Of a stretch of DNA of 40,329 bases, positions 9,777 through 19,304 are shown in pieces (position 1 is the stretch's first letter; each line of letters begins with the position of its first letter). The notes beneath the pieces were generated by a model. That model was not told where the DNA came from and searched no databases. It saw nothing but the letters and a program-made list of their open reading frames with translations. This DNA is from a virus (lineage: Duplodnaviria > Caudoviricetes): positions 1 to 40,329 of the IMG/VR virus record IMGVR_UViG_3300029183_000010; one strand, 5' to 3'. The translations under genes were made by a program, and so were the position numbers.

Positions 9777-10184
9777 TTATGTGTTTGTTTGACGCGGCCC
9801 TGTAATACCAGCTGTGATTTTACCAGCTGTCATAGGTCCTGTCGCAACGGTGTACACCAAGCGCACATAACGCTCAGCGTTTGCTGGCAAGAAGCTGATC
9901 GGCAACTGATAGCCAGCTGTCAATGTTGCCTTTGGAATTGCAGCCGTACTCAAAAGAACAGTTGCAGAAGAGAACGAGTCGTTATCATCTGTTTCCAAAG
10001 TGATTGTCAGCGTTGCAGATCCTGATGCTGTGAATGCTTCAAGGACCTGTGCAAGGATATGAAGCGGCTCGCCACCATCATGGACATTGCCGTTTGCAGG
10101 GCCAAGATCAATCACGTTCGTACTGTTCGCGGTTGCTGTAATGGCCTGCTCATCTGAGAATAAGTTTTGTTTATCAATGATCAT
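9777..10184 (-). CDS. Capsid cement protein (BPP-1 Bbp16-like)
   Basis: MIID...FSDEQAITATANSTNVIDLG...RYVRLVYTV; AGGAG RBS before ATG 10184. Confidence 0.85.
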   Translation of the reverse strand: MIIDKQNLFSDEQAITATANSTNVIDLGPANGNVHDGGEPLHILAQVLEAFTASGSATLTITLETDDNDSFSSATVLLSTAAIPKATLTAGYQLPISFLPANAERYVRLVYTVATGPMTAGKITAGITGPRQTNT

Positions 10185-10218
10185 GTTAATATCTCCTATT
10201 TTGATCAGATTGGAATTC

Positions 10219-10243
10219 AAGAATGGGGGTTTCCCCCCACCCC
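10219..10243 (-). terminator. Hairpin after major capsid gene
   Basis: GGGTGGGGG-GAAA-CCCCCATTC-TT on the minus strand. Confidence 0.6.
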
Positions 10244-11251
10244 TTATGTTACCTGAGCCTCAGTGTTCAACAGAGCATCACACTTCTTGACAGGGACTTT
10301 ACGGAACATCGTAAGCATTTGACCAGCATATTCTTGAGAGGTCAGATATACGTTGTTCTTGTCCATTGCCATGATGTCAAGCCATGTCAGCACAGTCTCG
10401 TTCGCATAGAATACAGCGTTACCCATATTCAGGTTCGGGATTTTGTGCATAGCTTTGATCATGTGGAAGATCAACTTTGTCGATGTGTCAGATCCTGAGC
10501 CGTATGTTTCCAGATCACTAATGTCAACATTAGCAATACGGACAACAAAACGCCAATCACGCAACACGAAACCAGCGTCCCACTTGTAGTGGGTACGATA
10601 GCCCTGATACTTACCACCAGCACTATCTTCAAGGGTTTCTTCTCCAAGGTCAGTATGCTTGAAACCAGCAATCTTACCTTTGGGGAATGTCATGTGACAG
10701 GTCTGATCACCCCAAACAACCAACCATATGGATGTATTGTCTGAGCCAGATCCACCAGCATCAATCACGTTATAGCTGCTCAATAACGGATCAGTACCGA
10801 TTGAGTTATAACGTGGGGCAAGGCCCATGAATTTTTTAGGATCTGTCTGAGTGTTCCCATAGAACAGAGTTGAAGCCATCTCTTGGTTCATTGCTTCCAA
10901 GAAAGGTTTATCCTCTGACAAGCGAAACTCAGCGGTGTTGCCGTTCAAGTCTGCAAGGTCCTTATCAACCTCTGCATACGATTCCAGCATACCGATTGTG
11001 TCATCAACCTGTTTGACAGTTGATTTACTCGTTTGCACCCCGTAGTTCAGCTGTCTCCATGTGACCGTAGGCAGGCCAGTTCTTACAGTTGTTCTATGTG
11101 ATGTTGGTCCGTTGGACTCCATCACAAGCGCATCTTCTAAAATGGGGTTTGACTGTTCCAGAATTTCTACAACAGCAGACACCTTACCATCAGGATCAAG
11201 CCGCTTGGCCCAATCTGCGTAGGTATATACTAATGATCCAACAGTTGCCAT
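10244..11251 (-). CDS. Major capsid protein (epsilon15 gp7/BPP-1 Bbp17-like)
   Basis: RTGLP, LESYAEVDKDLA, FYGN...FMGLAPRY, DWRFVVRIANVD motifs; AGGAG RBS. Confidence 0.95.
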   Translation of the reverse strand: MATVGSLVYTYADWAKRLDPDGKVSAVVEILEQSNPILEDALVMESNGPTSHRTTVRTGLPTVTWRQLNYGVQTSKSTVKQVDDTIGMLESYAEVDKDLADLNGNTAEFRLSEDKPFLEAMNQEMASTLFYGNTQTDPKKFMGLAPRYNSIGTDPLLSSYNVIDAGGSGSDNTSIWLVVWGDQTCHMTFPKGKIAGFKHTDLGEETLEDSAGGKYQGYRTHYKWDAGFVLRDWRFVVRIANVDISDLETYGSGSDTSTKLIFHMIKAMHKIPNLNMGNAVFYANETVLTWLDIMAMDKNNVYLTSQEYAGQMLTMFRKVPVKKCDALLNTEAQVT

Positions 11252-11262
11252 GTTTTACACTC

Positions 11263-11994
11263 CTATGTTTTTTGTTGGTTAGGGTAAAGCCTTTGAGCAA
11301 GAGATGATGATCCACCGCCTTGATTGGCAACAATCACTTTTCCATCCTCACCTATGAAGCTCCTGAGTTTATAAAAAGCCCTGATGACTTCGGGGTGATC
11401 GCCCGCCCCTGTTTCATCAATAGCCTTCATAAGAGAATCGCCGCCAAGTGCCACAACCACCCTTTTGGCTTCTGACAAGGTTTTCTTTTGTGCTGCCTCG
11501 TCTCCACCTATTTCAGGATCGTTCTGGAAGGTTTTAATCCACTCTTCGGTACGCTGAGCATGATAATCAGCAGCGTACTTCATTGCGCCCTCTACTGCTT
11601 CCTGCACTAGATTTGCACCCATTGTGACAAACTTTTGAGCTGCTTCCTGAGACAGAGGTGCGCCGTTTTCCTTTGCAACCTCATTAAGCAGAGTGTCAAA
11701 TTTACCCTTGACCTCTGGTGTCATCTCAAAGCCTTCTGGCAATTCATAGTCAGCATACTCAACTGGCTCGTTGGACTTCTGCTCGTTCTGGTTTTTGTCT
11801 CCATCCGAGTCGGAATCCTTCTGATCAGTCGGGTTAGTCTGATCAGAATCCTGTTTTCCAGCGTCCTGATTGTCCGCTGGATTATTCTGTGTTTGATCGG
11901 CTGCGTTCGCAGCTGGATCTTGTGTGTTCGTGTTCGCTGTATCTGTTGCCCCTGCATCAGCAGCTGCACTTGAAATCGCTGTCTCAGTCGTCAT
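11263..11994 (-). CDS. Capsid scaffolding protein
   Basis: Acidic low-complexity N-terminus; DPEIGG and GAGDHPEVIR motifs; directly upstream of the capsid gene. Confidence 0.8.
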   Translation of the reverse strand: MTTETAISSAAADAGATDTANTNTQDPAANAADQTQNNPADNQDAGKQDSDQTNPTDQKDSDSDGDKNQNEQKSNEPVEYADYELPEGFEMTPEVKGKFDTLLNEVAKENGAPLSQEAAQKFVTMGANLVQEAVEGAMKYAADYHAQRTEEWIKTFQNDPEIGGDEAAQKKTLSEAKRVVVALGGDSLMKAIDETGAGDHPEVIRAFYKLRSFIGEDGKVIVANQGGGSSSLAQRLYPNQQKT

Positions 11995-12313
11995 AGGTGT
12001 TACCTTCCTTCTTTGATTCGCTCACCATGAGCGCGTAGTTTTGTTCACAATGCTCATGAAGATCTGCAAAAATTTGCAAGAAAAGGTTTTTCTGACCGTC
12101 AAAGAAACCTGTCTCTCTCGGTGTTGCCAAAGGGCTTGGCACTGAGAAAATATTTGCTCTCTCCAAATAATGCCACATGAAACGCCTAAAACACGCTTGA
12201 CTCATCAGCTCTTTGAGGTCAGAGGTTTTCAGCTTTTCTGAGCGTTTCTCAGCTGCTTTCCTGTCTCTGACTTGCTTGGCATCGTCACTCTCGTATTCAA
12301 TATCATCACTCAT
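11984..12313 (-). CDS. Bbp19-like conserved phage protein
   Basis: DLKELM...RRFMW...FFDGQKN motif; normally found between portal and scaffold. Confidence 0.75.
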   Translation of the reverse strand: MSDDIEYESDDAKQVRDRKAAEKRSEKLKTSDLKELMSQACFRRFMWHYLERANIFSVPSPLATPRETGFFDGQKNLFLQIFADLHEHCEQNYALMVSESKKEGNTYDD

Positions 12314-12371
12314 GGCACGTACAGTGTACGCCGTACGTGTTTTTTTGGCAAGCTTGCTGTACGTGTTTTGG

Positions 12372-14255
12372 TTAAGCTACTTCTGAGACTGTCGCACCAA
12401 AGAAAAACTGCAAAGGCTGTGGCTTCTCAGCGTTGTCAATCAGCGTGTCCGTGGTTGTCACATCTTGGCTTGTTCCTGAGAGGTATGAAAGCAGCACAGT
12501 GTCTGTTGTTGCCATCGTCAAACCGCCTGAGAGCTTGAATGTTGTTGATGTCAATCGCTCAACTGTGGTGGGTTTTTGATACGTACCGTTTACGTACACC
12601 CAAAAACCGCCTGCATCAGAGACTGTGAAATCTGTACCGCTGTCGTGCTGAATAGTCACTGTCACACTGTCTGTTGCAGGATCAAACTCTGCCGAGTAAA
12701 AGCGCGGTCCTATCGGATTATTAGGCGTTCCATTTCCGAATATGTGTGCAGCAAGGCGTGCATTTCTTTGCATGTAAAGATCAGATCCTGCCTGATCCAA
12801 GTGCTGTGGATCTGTGCGCGTAATATCGCCAACACCAAAGCTGTCAACCAGCTGCACATCTTCCTGCACCAGCTCATACTGTGCTTCTTTGACCGCCTGC
12901 CATGCTTCGTGCTGAGCTGTCAAAAGCAACCCTGTGTTACCAAGATTTGAGGAAATCACAATGCGTGCATTCGGGAAGTCTGATTTCAGAAGTGCAACAA
13001 ACTGCTCCATCCCTGTTTTGTGATCTGCCTTTGTGATTGTGGCGTTCTGGATCGCCACTCTGTCAGTGTTACCGATAAGGACAAAAATGATGTCAATATC
13101 ATCGGCTGTGACTGGTGATGCCGTAACAGCAGCCTCAAGAACATCGGTGTAATTATCCCCCTTTGTCCCGCCTGTTGCCACAAAATACCCTGATCCGCTA
13201 TCAGCTGCCTGCACAACTGCGCTTGAATCTTCTGCACCATTGATGACATTCACTGTTGTAAAACCATGAAGAGCCGCCTCAGTCTCGAATGCATCAGCAC
13301 CATCAAGAAGATCAAGGGATCTGCGATAGAGTGATTGACCAGTAAACACAACATTCAGCGTTGTTTTTTCTGCAATCCCGTATGCCTGTTTTAACTGTCT
13401 GAGTGTGTGTCCCTGCTGGTATGCAAAGCAACGTGTTTTATATCCAATATATTCTGAAATCGGGCCAATCCACGAAACAGGGGATGAAGGACCACCCATC
13501 AAATACCACTGCTTTGTTAGTGCAGAATCGGCTGTAACACGGTGCACCGCATATTCCATCGGCACAAGATCTGATGTCTGGTATGCGCCGCCATTCTTTG
13601 AAACGGCATTCGAGAAATCAGAGGAAAGCAAAGAGGTTGTACCTCCTGATCCAGCAACACGCGGCTGACCGAATCCATCAGCACCAGCAAGCCATGCATT
13701 AAATCCATCAAAGCTGCTGTCAAGTCCGTCTTTATAACGGGAAACAACAAAGAGATCTTGCAGTGCAACACTTGATCCAAGCTGAAAATATGTATCATCA
13801 CCCGTAAGCACAAAGGCATCATACGTGCTGTTTACGTAGCCAGTCTCAAGCGTACATGTGTTTGTCCCACCAGAGGCCAGAGACAGATCGTTTGCATTAT
13901 CAGACAGATCTGAAATGTCCGTGACATAACCGCTGCTTTCTACAACATCAGAAACACCAGCCTTGAAGCGGAATGCAAGATTTTCCTGATCGTTGATCAC
14001 GAAAGGATTAACCTCTGCCAAAGAAACAGCAATTTCAACCACAAGCTTTTCAATGGAAATAATAAACTCACGGTCAGCTTCAAGTTGATCGTTGTTCATC
14101 AATTCTATAATTCGCGTTAAGGTTTGCGCGTCCGTCAAATATTGATATTCAGCCGTGAGATTTTCATCATTAATGTACTGCACCAGATCCACAATCGCCT
14201 GATCGCGTGTGAGAAATGGCTGATCCGCGATAATTTGTGCTTTTGTCTTGGTCAT
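12372..14255 (-). CDS. Probable virion appendage protein with lectin-like domain and SGNH/SASA-type carbohydrate esterase domain
   Basis: VVFTGQSL (block I Ser), VLIGNTD (block III), DPQH (D-x-x-H catalytic pair); beta-rich flanking regions. Confidence 0.65.
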   Translation of the reverse strand: MTKTKAQIIADQPFLTRDQAIVDLVQYINDENLTAEYQYLTDAQTLTRIIELMNNDQLEADREFIISIEKLVVEIAVSLAEVNPFVINDQENLAFRFKAGVSDVVESSGYVTDISDLSDNANDLSLASGGTNTCTLETGYVNSTYDAFVLTGDDTYFQLGSSVALQDLFVVSRYKDGLDSSFDGFNAWLAGADGFGQPRVAGSGGTTSLLSSDFSNAVSKNGGAYQTSDLVPMEYAVHRVTADSALTKQWYLMGGPSSPVSWIGPISEYIGYKTRCFAYQQGHTLRQLKQAYGIAEKTTLNVVFTGQSLYRRSLDLLDGADAFETEAALHGFTTVNVINGAEDSSAVVQAADSGSGYFVATGGTKGDNYTDVLEAAVTASPVTADDIDIIFVLIGNTDRVAIQNATITKADHKTGMEQFVALLKSDFPNARIVISSNLGNTGLLLTAQHEAWQAVKEAQYELVQEDVQLVDSFGVGDITRTDPQHLDQAGSDLYMQRNARLAAHIFGNGTPNNPIGPRFYSAEFDPATDSVTVTIQHDSGTDFTVSDAGGFWVYVNGTYQKPTTVERLTSTTFKLSGGLTMATTDTVLLSYLSGTSQDVTTTDTLIDNAEKPQPLQFFFGATVSEVA

Positions 14256-14267
14256 AATAAAGTGTCC

Positions 14268-14537
14268 TTAATCACGTGTTGCAATAACGTAAATAACATC
14301 ATCAGTGTATGATGTGCAGTTGAGCCTGTACTGCACCTTTGATGCTGGCTCAAAGTGGTTTTCCTCTGCGCTTGCTGTATATGATTTGACGGTTTTCCAG
14401 TTTGTTCCGTCAAAAGATCTTTCAAGCGTTACTGTTGCCGTTCCAGCAAAGGCAAGAGAAACTGTGATATATGCGTCCGTAACATAAAGCGGATTACTTT
14501 GTCCTGTTGCTGAGAATGTATTACTTACTTTTGGCAT
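14268..14537 (-). CDS. Small beta-rich virion protein (possible head-fiber base)
   Basis: ATVTLERSFDGTNW...YRL pattern; GAGG RBS; precedes the appendage gene. Confidence 0.55.
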   Translation of the reverse strand: MPKVSNTFSATGQSNPLYVTDAYITVSLAFAGTATVTLERSFDGTNWKTVKSYTASAEENHFEPASKVQYRLNCTSYTDDVIYVIATRD

Positions 14538-14546
14538 GATGACCTC

Positions 14547-16223
14547 CTATAGTCCTGTGATTTGCGTTAATGCGTTTTGATCGGCTGTTTTCGCTTCTGA
14601 TAGGTTCTTGGCAACCTCAGAGGCTGCTGATGCAGCTGCAAGGCCGTTGGCTGCTTGCGCCGCTTCCTGATCGGCTCTCAGCTCTGCCTGTACAACCTCA
14701 TCAGGTTTGATCAGCTTTTGAGGTACGCCAAGCATACCGCCTATTTCATCAACTGATTCGAGTGCATCAAATTTACGCACCACCTCTGGATAGATACCAG
14801 AAAGATTTGTGATGTACCCTGCAAAGCGTTCAATAGCACCAAGCCCCACTTGCTGCTGCGCCTGTGCAAGAACAGATATATATTCAATTTTAAGATCCAC
14901 ATTAACAAGCTCATCAGGCAGCTCTGGCAATATGCCAGCATCTTCCATGATTTCAAACGTACGAACGATTAAGGGGTCAAGAAGCTCGTTGTTCATGCTC
15001 TCAAGAACAGGGCCAAGGGCAAGAAGTTTTTCTTCATGACGCTCTGCAATCTCTGTGGCTGTGATTTGTTTGCGGTCCAGATTGGAAAGCATCAGGAACA
15101 GGTCTGCATAAAAGGCTCTGTTGATACGCTGCTCAACCGAGTTCATATCATCACGTAGCGCGTTTATATCTGGGTTTACCTGATACAATGGCCTGATTGC
15201 CTGCTGTGATGATGACTGAAACTGATTATAGTACGTCACGCCTGCTGGCAATGAGGATATAGATCTGTTCTTCATGTAAGACGGTGCTTGCAAAGGCGGT
15301 GATGTCATCTTGTCAATGGCCTGCCCTTTGCGCTTTTCCTGCACTTGAAGCTGGATGTTATCCCCTAAGGCATCCATTGCAGGGCTGAAACCGTAAACAT
15401 CCTCAATCAGTGCTTCCCATCTTGGACACATGATAGGGAAAGAATTGAAACCGCTGTCAATGCCTATAAGGTTCTGATCACCGCCTTTTTCATAGTAAAC
15501 GGACTTATAGCGCATATCCTTTCCAAAGACAGGCTTATATGACTTCTTGGCATTCGGCTCTATCACGTGGCAAATATCAATCGGCCTGTCATAATTTGCC
15601 TGATCAAAGGATGCTTTGACAGACGCTGAGACATTGCCGTTTGCCATCTGCATCCATTGCCGTGTTGATATACGAAATTCCCTGTAGTGTGTATCAACAA
15701 TCATCTCATCATTCATAGCCAGATAATACTGACCAGCGGTGAAAGGATAGCACCTGATCACGTTGTCATAATTCTTCAACACCATCATGCTGGCTGTGCC
15801 GAATACGCCAAGCTCCATGTAAATAGAAGGCAGGACTTGGTAAAGATTGGATCGGTTGAAAACCTCACGCATCAAACGCTCAACAGTTTGAAGGTATTCT
15901 TTTACTGGCCCAAACTCCATCAACTTTGGATCTGGTGTTGCCAGCCGAAACCACGGCCTTGCGGGTGATGTAACACCAGCCATCAAACCTGATGCCAGTG
16001 TACGTGCTGCGAATCGGCCTGCATTGTTGATTGTCTTGTTCAATCGGCCTCTGGCATTGTCACCGCGATTTGTTTCAGACAATAAAAAACGTCCCCTGCG
16101 CGGGGTGAAATAACGCTGTAACTCACGCCAGTCGGCTTCCCATGAAAGGCGTATCTGTTTCAGCTCACCAAGGCGTTTGTTGTACGCCTGCTTTGGGGTC
16201 ATACCATTGATCATCTCTGGCAT
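14547..16223 (-). CDS. Portal protein (T7 gp8/Bbp21-like)
   Basis: TLASGLMAGVTSPARPWF, YGFSPAMDAL, TATEIAERHEEKL..LGPV, IEYISVLAQAQ motifs. Confidence 0.95.
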   Translation of the reverse strand: MPEMINGMTPKQAYNKRLGELKQIRLSWEADWRELQRYFTPRRGRFLLSETNRGDNARGRLNKTINNAGRFAARTLASGLMAGVTSPARPWFRLATPDPKLMEFGPVKEYLQTVERLMREVFNRSNLYQVLPSIYMELGVFGTASMMVLKNYDNVIRCYPFTAGQYYLAMNDEMIVDTHYREFRISTRQWMQMANGNVSASVKASFDQANYDRPIDICHVIEPNAKKSYKPVFGKDMRYKSVYYEKGGDQNLIGIDSGFNSFPIMCPRWEALIEDVYGFSPAMDALGDNIQLQVQEKRKGQAIDKMTSPPLQAPSYMKNRSISSLPAGVTYYNQFQSSSQQAIRPLYQVNPDINALRDDMNSVEQRINRAFYADLFLMLSNLDRKQITATEIAERHEEKLLALGPVLESMNNELLDPLIVRTFEIMEDAGILPELPDELVNVDLKIEYISVLAQAQQQVGLGAIERFAGYITNLSGIYPEVVRKFDALESVDEIGGMLGVPQKLIKPDEVVQAELRADQEAAQAANGLAAASAASEVAKNLSEAKTADQNALTQITGL

Positions 16224-16226
16224 TTT

Positions 16227-16436
16227 TTACTGTCCTAATAAGGTTTTTCGTCCTGTGTTGGCCTCTTCCAGTCCACTGGATAAAGCCGTACGGTTTGCAG
16301 TTGAGGCTTGACGCGCCTTGATTCGCTCGTCATCACGTGCACGCTGCGTTGCATCATTCACTCGTTTTGGTGCTTCTGCCACTGGTGCTGGTGGTGGTGG
16401 TAGTGGTGGGGTTTTTGGTTTACCGCCGAATGACAT
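16227..16436 (-). CDS. Small proline-rich virion assembly protein
   Basis: PPLPPPPAP and C-terminal KTLLG, typical of the gene preceding the portal in this group. Confidence 0.75.
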   Translation of the reverse strand: MSFGGKPKTPPLPPPPAPVAEAPKRVNDATQRARDDERIKARQASTANRTALSSGLEEANTGRKTLLGQ

Positions 16437-16448
16437 CTTGAAATTCTC

Positions 16449-17966
16449 CTAGTCCTGTGCGTACGGGTCATAGTCATGCGTACTCATGTTATCAGATTGA
16501 TTTGAAAACGTGTACTTGTTTTTCCTTTCTATAGGAAAAGCGAACGATAGTGCAAGAGCATCAGCTCTGTTCGGTGATGGAAGATCCCTTTTCTTCATTT
16601 CCTTTTTGCTCTCAAGCTGGATCACCCCATCCGTACGCGGAACGGTTTCAGGGCTGATCAGGTCAGAGTACAGGATCTCATCATCCTCTGGTATTGATCC
16701 ACCATCTTTAAGCCATTGCTTGGTCATGCCCCATATATAATCTCTCATGTACATGAAACCAGCAACAGGGGACTTCTCACCGAATTTGCACAGAAACCAG
16801 TTATCACGGCCCATGTTTTGCAGGATTGAATAAATGCCTGTGCCATAACCAAAGTCAATGATCCCGCCATCGGCCTGATGCTCATCCTCAAGCTGTGCCA
16901 GAATGGTTGCAATCGCCACATCATCATCATTTTTCGGAATGGTTTTAAGCACCCAAAACATGAGGCCCTGTCTTAAACCGATCACAAGTTCGTCATCACC
17001 GTCCCATGCAGGATCACATGTGAGGATCTTAGGCGCAAAGCTGTACCTTTCGATCTCGTAATCCCTGCGCTGCGCCTCATCAACAAGACTGGTGGAAATA
17101 AACTGCTTTGCTGACTGTGATGGAAACTTACCAAGGACACGGATCTTGATGTAATCACTATCAATGCCGTACGTGTCTATCTTCTCTTGAATATCTTCCT
17201 TGTTCGGAATGGCACAGTCACGGCTGTCTATCTGGTTTGTTTGCCATCTCTTTGAGTGTTTGTGTGATTTGAAACAGTCATGAAAGCGGCCTGAGTTCCG
17301 CGTAGGGTTTCCAAAGACAAAGTGCATCGGCTCACCGTCCGTCAAACCACCCTCTGCCACTTCCCATATTTTATTCGGTATGGCACTGGCCTCATCAAAG
17401 ATGTAAAACGGTGTGCTGTTTGCAGCGTGCAATCCTGCAAAGCTTTCAGAGTTCTCCTCTCGGCATGTCTGAGCATCCACACGCCATGTATCTTCATATC
17501 CGATACGCACCATTTTCATGTTTCCCTTACCCTGAGAAACAGAAAACCAGTGCCTTGCTATACTGCGCCGTGTCCACTTGGCAATCTCGGCCCATGTCTT
17601 TGTTTGCAGCTGAGGTGATGTATTGGCTGTAACAATCCCCTTACAAAAAGGCCGCGTGCACATGATCCAGTCCACAAGCCATGCAGTCAGTGCGCTCTTA
17701 CCGATACCGTGACCTGATGCCGTTGCCATCCTGATTGGTGAGACAGGATTGACACCATCAAAGCCGCGATCTTTGACCATATCACCGATTCTGTTGAGAT
17801 AGTTTCGTTGCCAGCTGTCTGGACCGTCCCACCCTGCCAGCTCACCGCTTCCCCACGAGTAAGCATATAGAACGTATTCCAGAGGCTCAGCGTAAAACTC
17901 GGCAAAATCCTTTGAGAGATGATCGTCAAAATCTTCAAGCGTAGGCCCACCGTTGTGGCCTATCAT
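16449..17966 (-). CDS. terL: Terminase large subunit
   Basis: Walker A ASGHGIGKS, Walker B YIFDEA, GNPT coupling motif, nuclease DPAWDGDD and SPNRADAL; start may be ATG 17966 or GTG 18023. Confidence 0.95.
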   Translation of the reverse strand: MIGHNGGPTLEDFDDHLSKDFAEFYAEPLEYVLYAYSWGSGELAGWDGPDSWQRNYLNRIGDMVKDRGFDGVNPVSPIRMATASGHGIGKSALTAWLVDWIMCTRPFCKGIVTANTSPQLQTKTWAEIAKWTRRSIARHWFSVSQGKGNMKMVRIGYEDTWRVDAQTCREENSESFAGLHAANSTPFYIFDEASAIPNKIWEVAEGGLTDGEPMHFVFGNPTRNSGRFHDCFKSHKHSKRWQTNQIDSRDCAIPNKEDIQEKIDTYGIDSDYIKIRVLGKFPSQSAKQFISTSLVDEAQRRDYEIERYSFAPKILTCDPAWDGDDELVIGLRQGLMFWVLKTIPKNDDDVAIATILAQLEDEHQADGGIIDFGYGTGIYSILQNMGRDNWFLCKFGEKSPVAGFMYMRDYIWGMTKQWLKDGGSIPEDDEILYSDLISPETVPRTDGVIQLESKKEMKKRDLPSPNRADALALSFAFPIERKNKYTFSNQSDNMSTHDYDPYAQD

Positions 17967-17988
17967 GCTAACCGCTGGTTGAAAAAAA

Positions 17989-18594
17989 TCAGTCCTCTTC
18001 TCTATGAGCTGCGACACGTGCACGCCCTTTCTGCAAGTTCTGTATCATGCGATCAAGTCCCTCGATTTCTACCTTCTCTTTTAACAACCCTAGATGTTTC
18101 ATGAGGTTTTCAAGAGCCTTGACTTTATCCCACATCTTGAGCTTAACCTTGAGCACTTGCCGTGTCATTGTCTCACCGTCACTGCCAATCATTGTGACAG
18201 GAGGCATGTCTATCACCTCTATGGCACTGACTGAGGCCAGCTGTGCAGGCGTTGCTCTTGAGAGATCAATATAGGCATAACCATCATCACTGATTGATAT
18301 GAAATCGTTTATGTTAGAGAAGGCCAGCCTTGCCATCTCCTCAAGAACACGATCAGCATCTATGATCATTTCATTCTTGTTTGCTATCCTCTTCACTGAT
18401 TGTGTTTTGAGATATTCTATCCTTTTCTGTACGCTAATTTTTGCTAAGAGCTGAGCTGCAATGGTATTTGACGTATTTTCGCTATATCCAGCCCTACGCG
18501 CAGAGGCAGCACCATTGAGATCAATGATGTATTCATTGCAGAATTGTTCCTGCTTTGGGTATTTGATGGGGATGCTGCCATCGTACTCTGTCAT
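17989..18594 (-). CDS. terS: Terminase small subunit
   Basis: FCNEYIIDLNGAASARRAGYS and DKVKALENL motifs; ATGA overlap at 18594. Confidence 0.9.
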   Translation of the reverse strand: MTEYDGSIPIKYPKQEQFCNEYIIDLNGAASARRAGYSENTSNTIAAQLLAKISVQKRIEYLKTQSVKRIANKNEMIIDADRVLEEMARLAFSNINDFISISDDGYAYIDLSRATPAQLASVSAIEVIDMPPVTMIGSDGETMTRQVLKVKLKMWDKVKALENLMKHLGLLKEKVEIEGLDRMIQNLQKGRARVAAHREED

Positions 18595-18806
18595 CTCATT
18601 GCCTCTATCCAAGCCTCTTGAAACTTAGAGAGGAAGTCATGTGGTATTTTGCACAGTTCCATGATTTCAATGCTTCCATCAGAGTGGATCTCTCGTGGCT
18701 CGTGCTCCTCGTTAATGGCAATAACCATTGCACCAAGAGAAGAGATCTTCCAAGGAAATTTGCTCTCAGGCAAAAGGGCAATAAACTTTGTGTCAATCTT
18801 GTTCAT
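18591..18806 (-). CDS. Hypothetical protein
   Basis: ORF tiles the operon and is coupled to terS. Confidence 0.55.
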   Translation of the reverse strand: MNKIDTKFIALLPESKFPWKISSLGAMVIAINEEHEPREIHSDGSIEIMELCKIPHDFLSKFQEAWIEAMR

Positions 18807-18822
18807 AATGTACTCATAGGGT

Positions 18823-19032
18823 TTATTTGTGAGCTATCGTACTAGGCAGCTGGTCAATGATATTGTCGGCTGCTTCTGTGACCGTATCAAAAAGCTCTTT
18901 AACCGCTTCTCTTACCTGATCCTCTTCATCAAAGGCTCTGGATGTCATGAGTATGTTGCCCTTCTCATCAGTCAGCACAAAGACAACAGTGCCTACGCCT
19001 GTACCTCTCATCATAATTGCAGGGTGTTTCAT
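18823..19032 (-). CDS. YegP/DUF1508-like small protein
   Basis: FVLTDEKGNILMTSRAF...VREAV resembles the DUF1508 pattern; GAAAGGA RBS. Confidence 0.5.
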   Translation of the reverse strand: MKHPAIMMRGTGVGTVVFVLTDEKGNILMTSRAFDEEDQVREAVKELFDTVTEAADNIIDQLPSTIAHK

Positions 19033-19066
19033 CTATCTCAATCCTTTCATAAACAATGTTTGCGGT

Positions 19067-19075
19067 ATTGTAGCA
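19067..19075 (-). promoter_or_regulatory. Candidate late promoter (extended -10 TGCTACAAT)
   Basis: Immediately after a terminator and before the first gene of the packaging operon. Confidence 0.4.
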
Positions 19076-19107
19076 AAAAAAAGAGGCCAGCATCAATATA
19101 CTGGCCT
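19074..19107 (-). terminator. Rho-independent terminator ending the leftward early operon
   Basis: AGGCCAG-N10-CTGGCCT followed by C and a T8 run on the minus strand. Confidence 0.75.
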
Positions 19108-19136
19108 AAGTTATGTGTGGGGTTCACAATCCTATA

Positions 19137-19304
19137 TTAAAATAAATCTCCTAAGATATTCTTAACAAGCCAGATCATGAGTACAAAAATCATAATATAC
19201 CAGATAAGGTTTCCAAACGTGAGTACGCACTGCTCAGAGAATTGATCAACACTTTCACCGAATAAAACATTACAGTAATCGCTTGTATTTCTATAAATAA
19301 CCAT
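19137..19304 (-). CDS. Small membrane protein
   Basis: ATG overlaps the upstream TGA; C-terminal hydrophobic helix LIWYIMIFVLMIWLV. Confidence 0.55.
   Translation of the reverse strand: MVIYRNTSDYCNVLFGESVDQFSEQCVLTFGNLIWYIMIFVLMIWLVKNILGDLF

Noticed and set aside
9777-10184. Two different capsid decoration proteins as a novelty
   Set aside because: As I recall, this gene order matches epsilon15-like phages, so it is probably ordinary.
17989-17996. AGGACTGA at the end of terS as another motif copy
   Set aside because: It encodes E-D-stop and is about 22 nt from the next ATG. The copy at 9266 is likewise not before a start codon.
171-19165. Many plus-strand ORFs of 60-170 aa over the structural module
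   Set aside because: They are antisense shadows of well-supported minus-strand genes and have no RBS or recognisable motifs.
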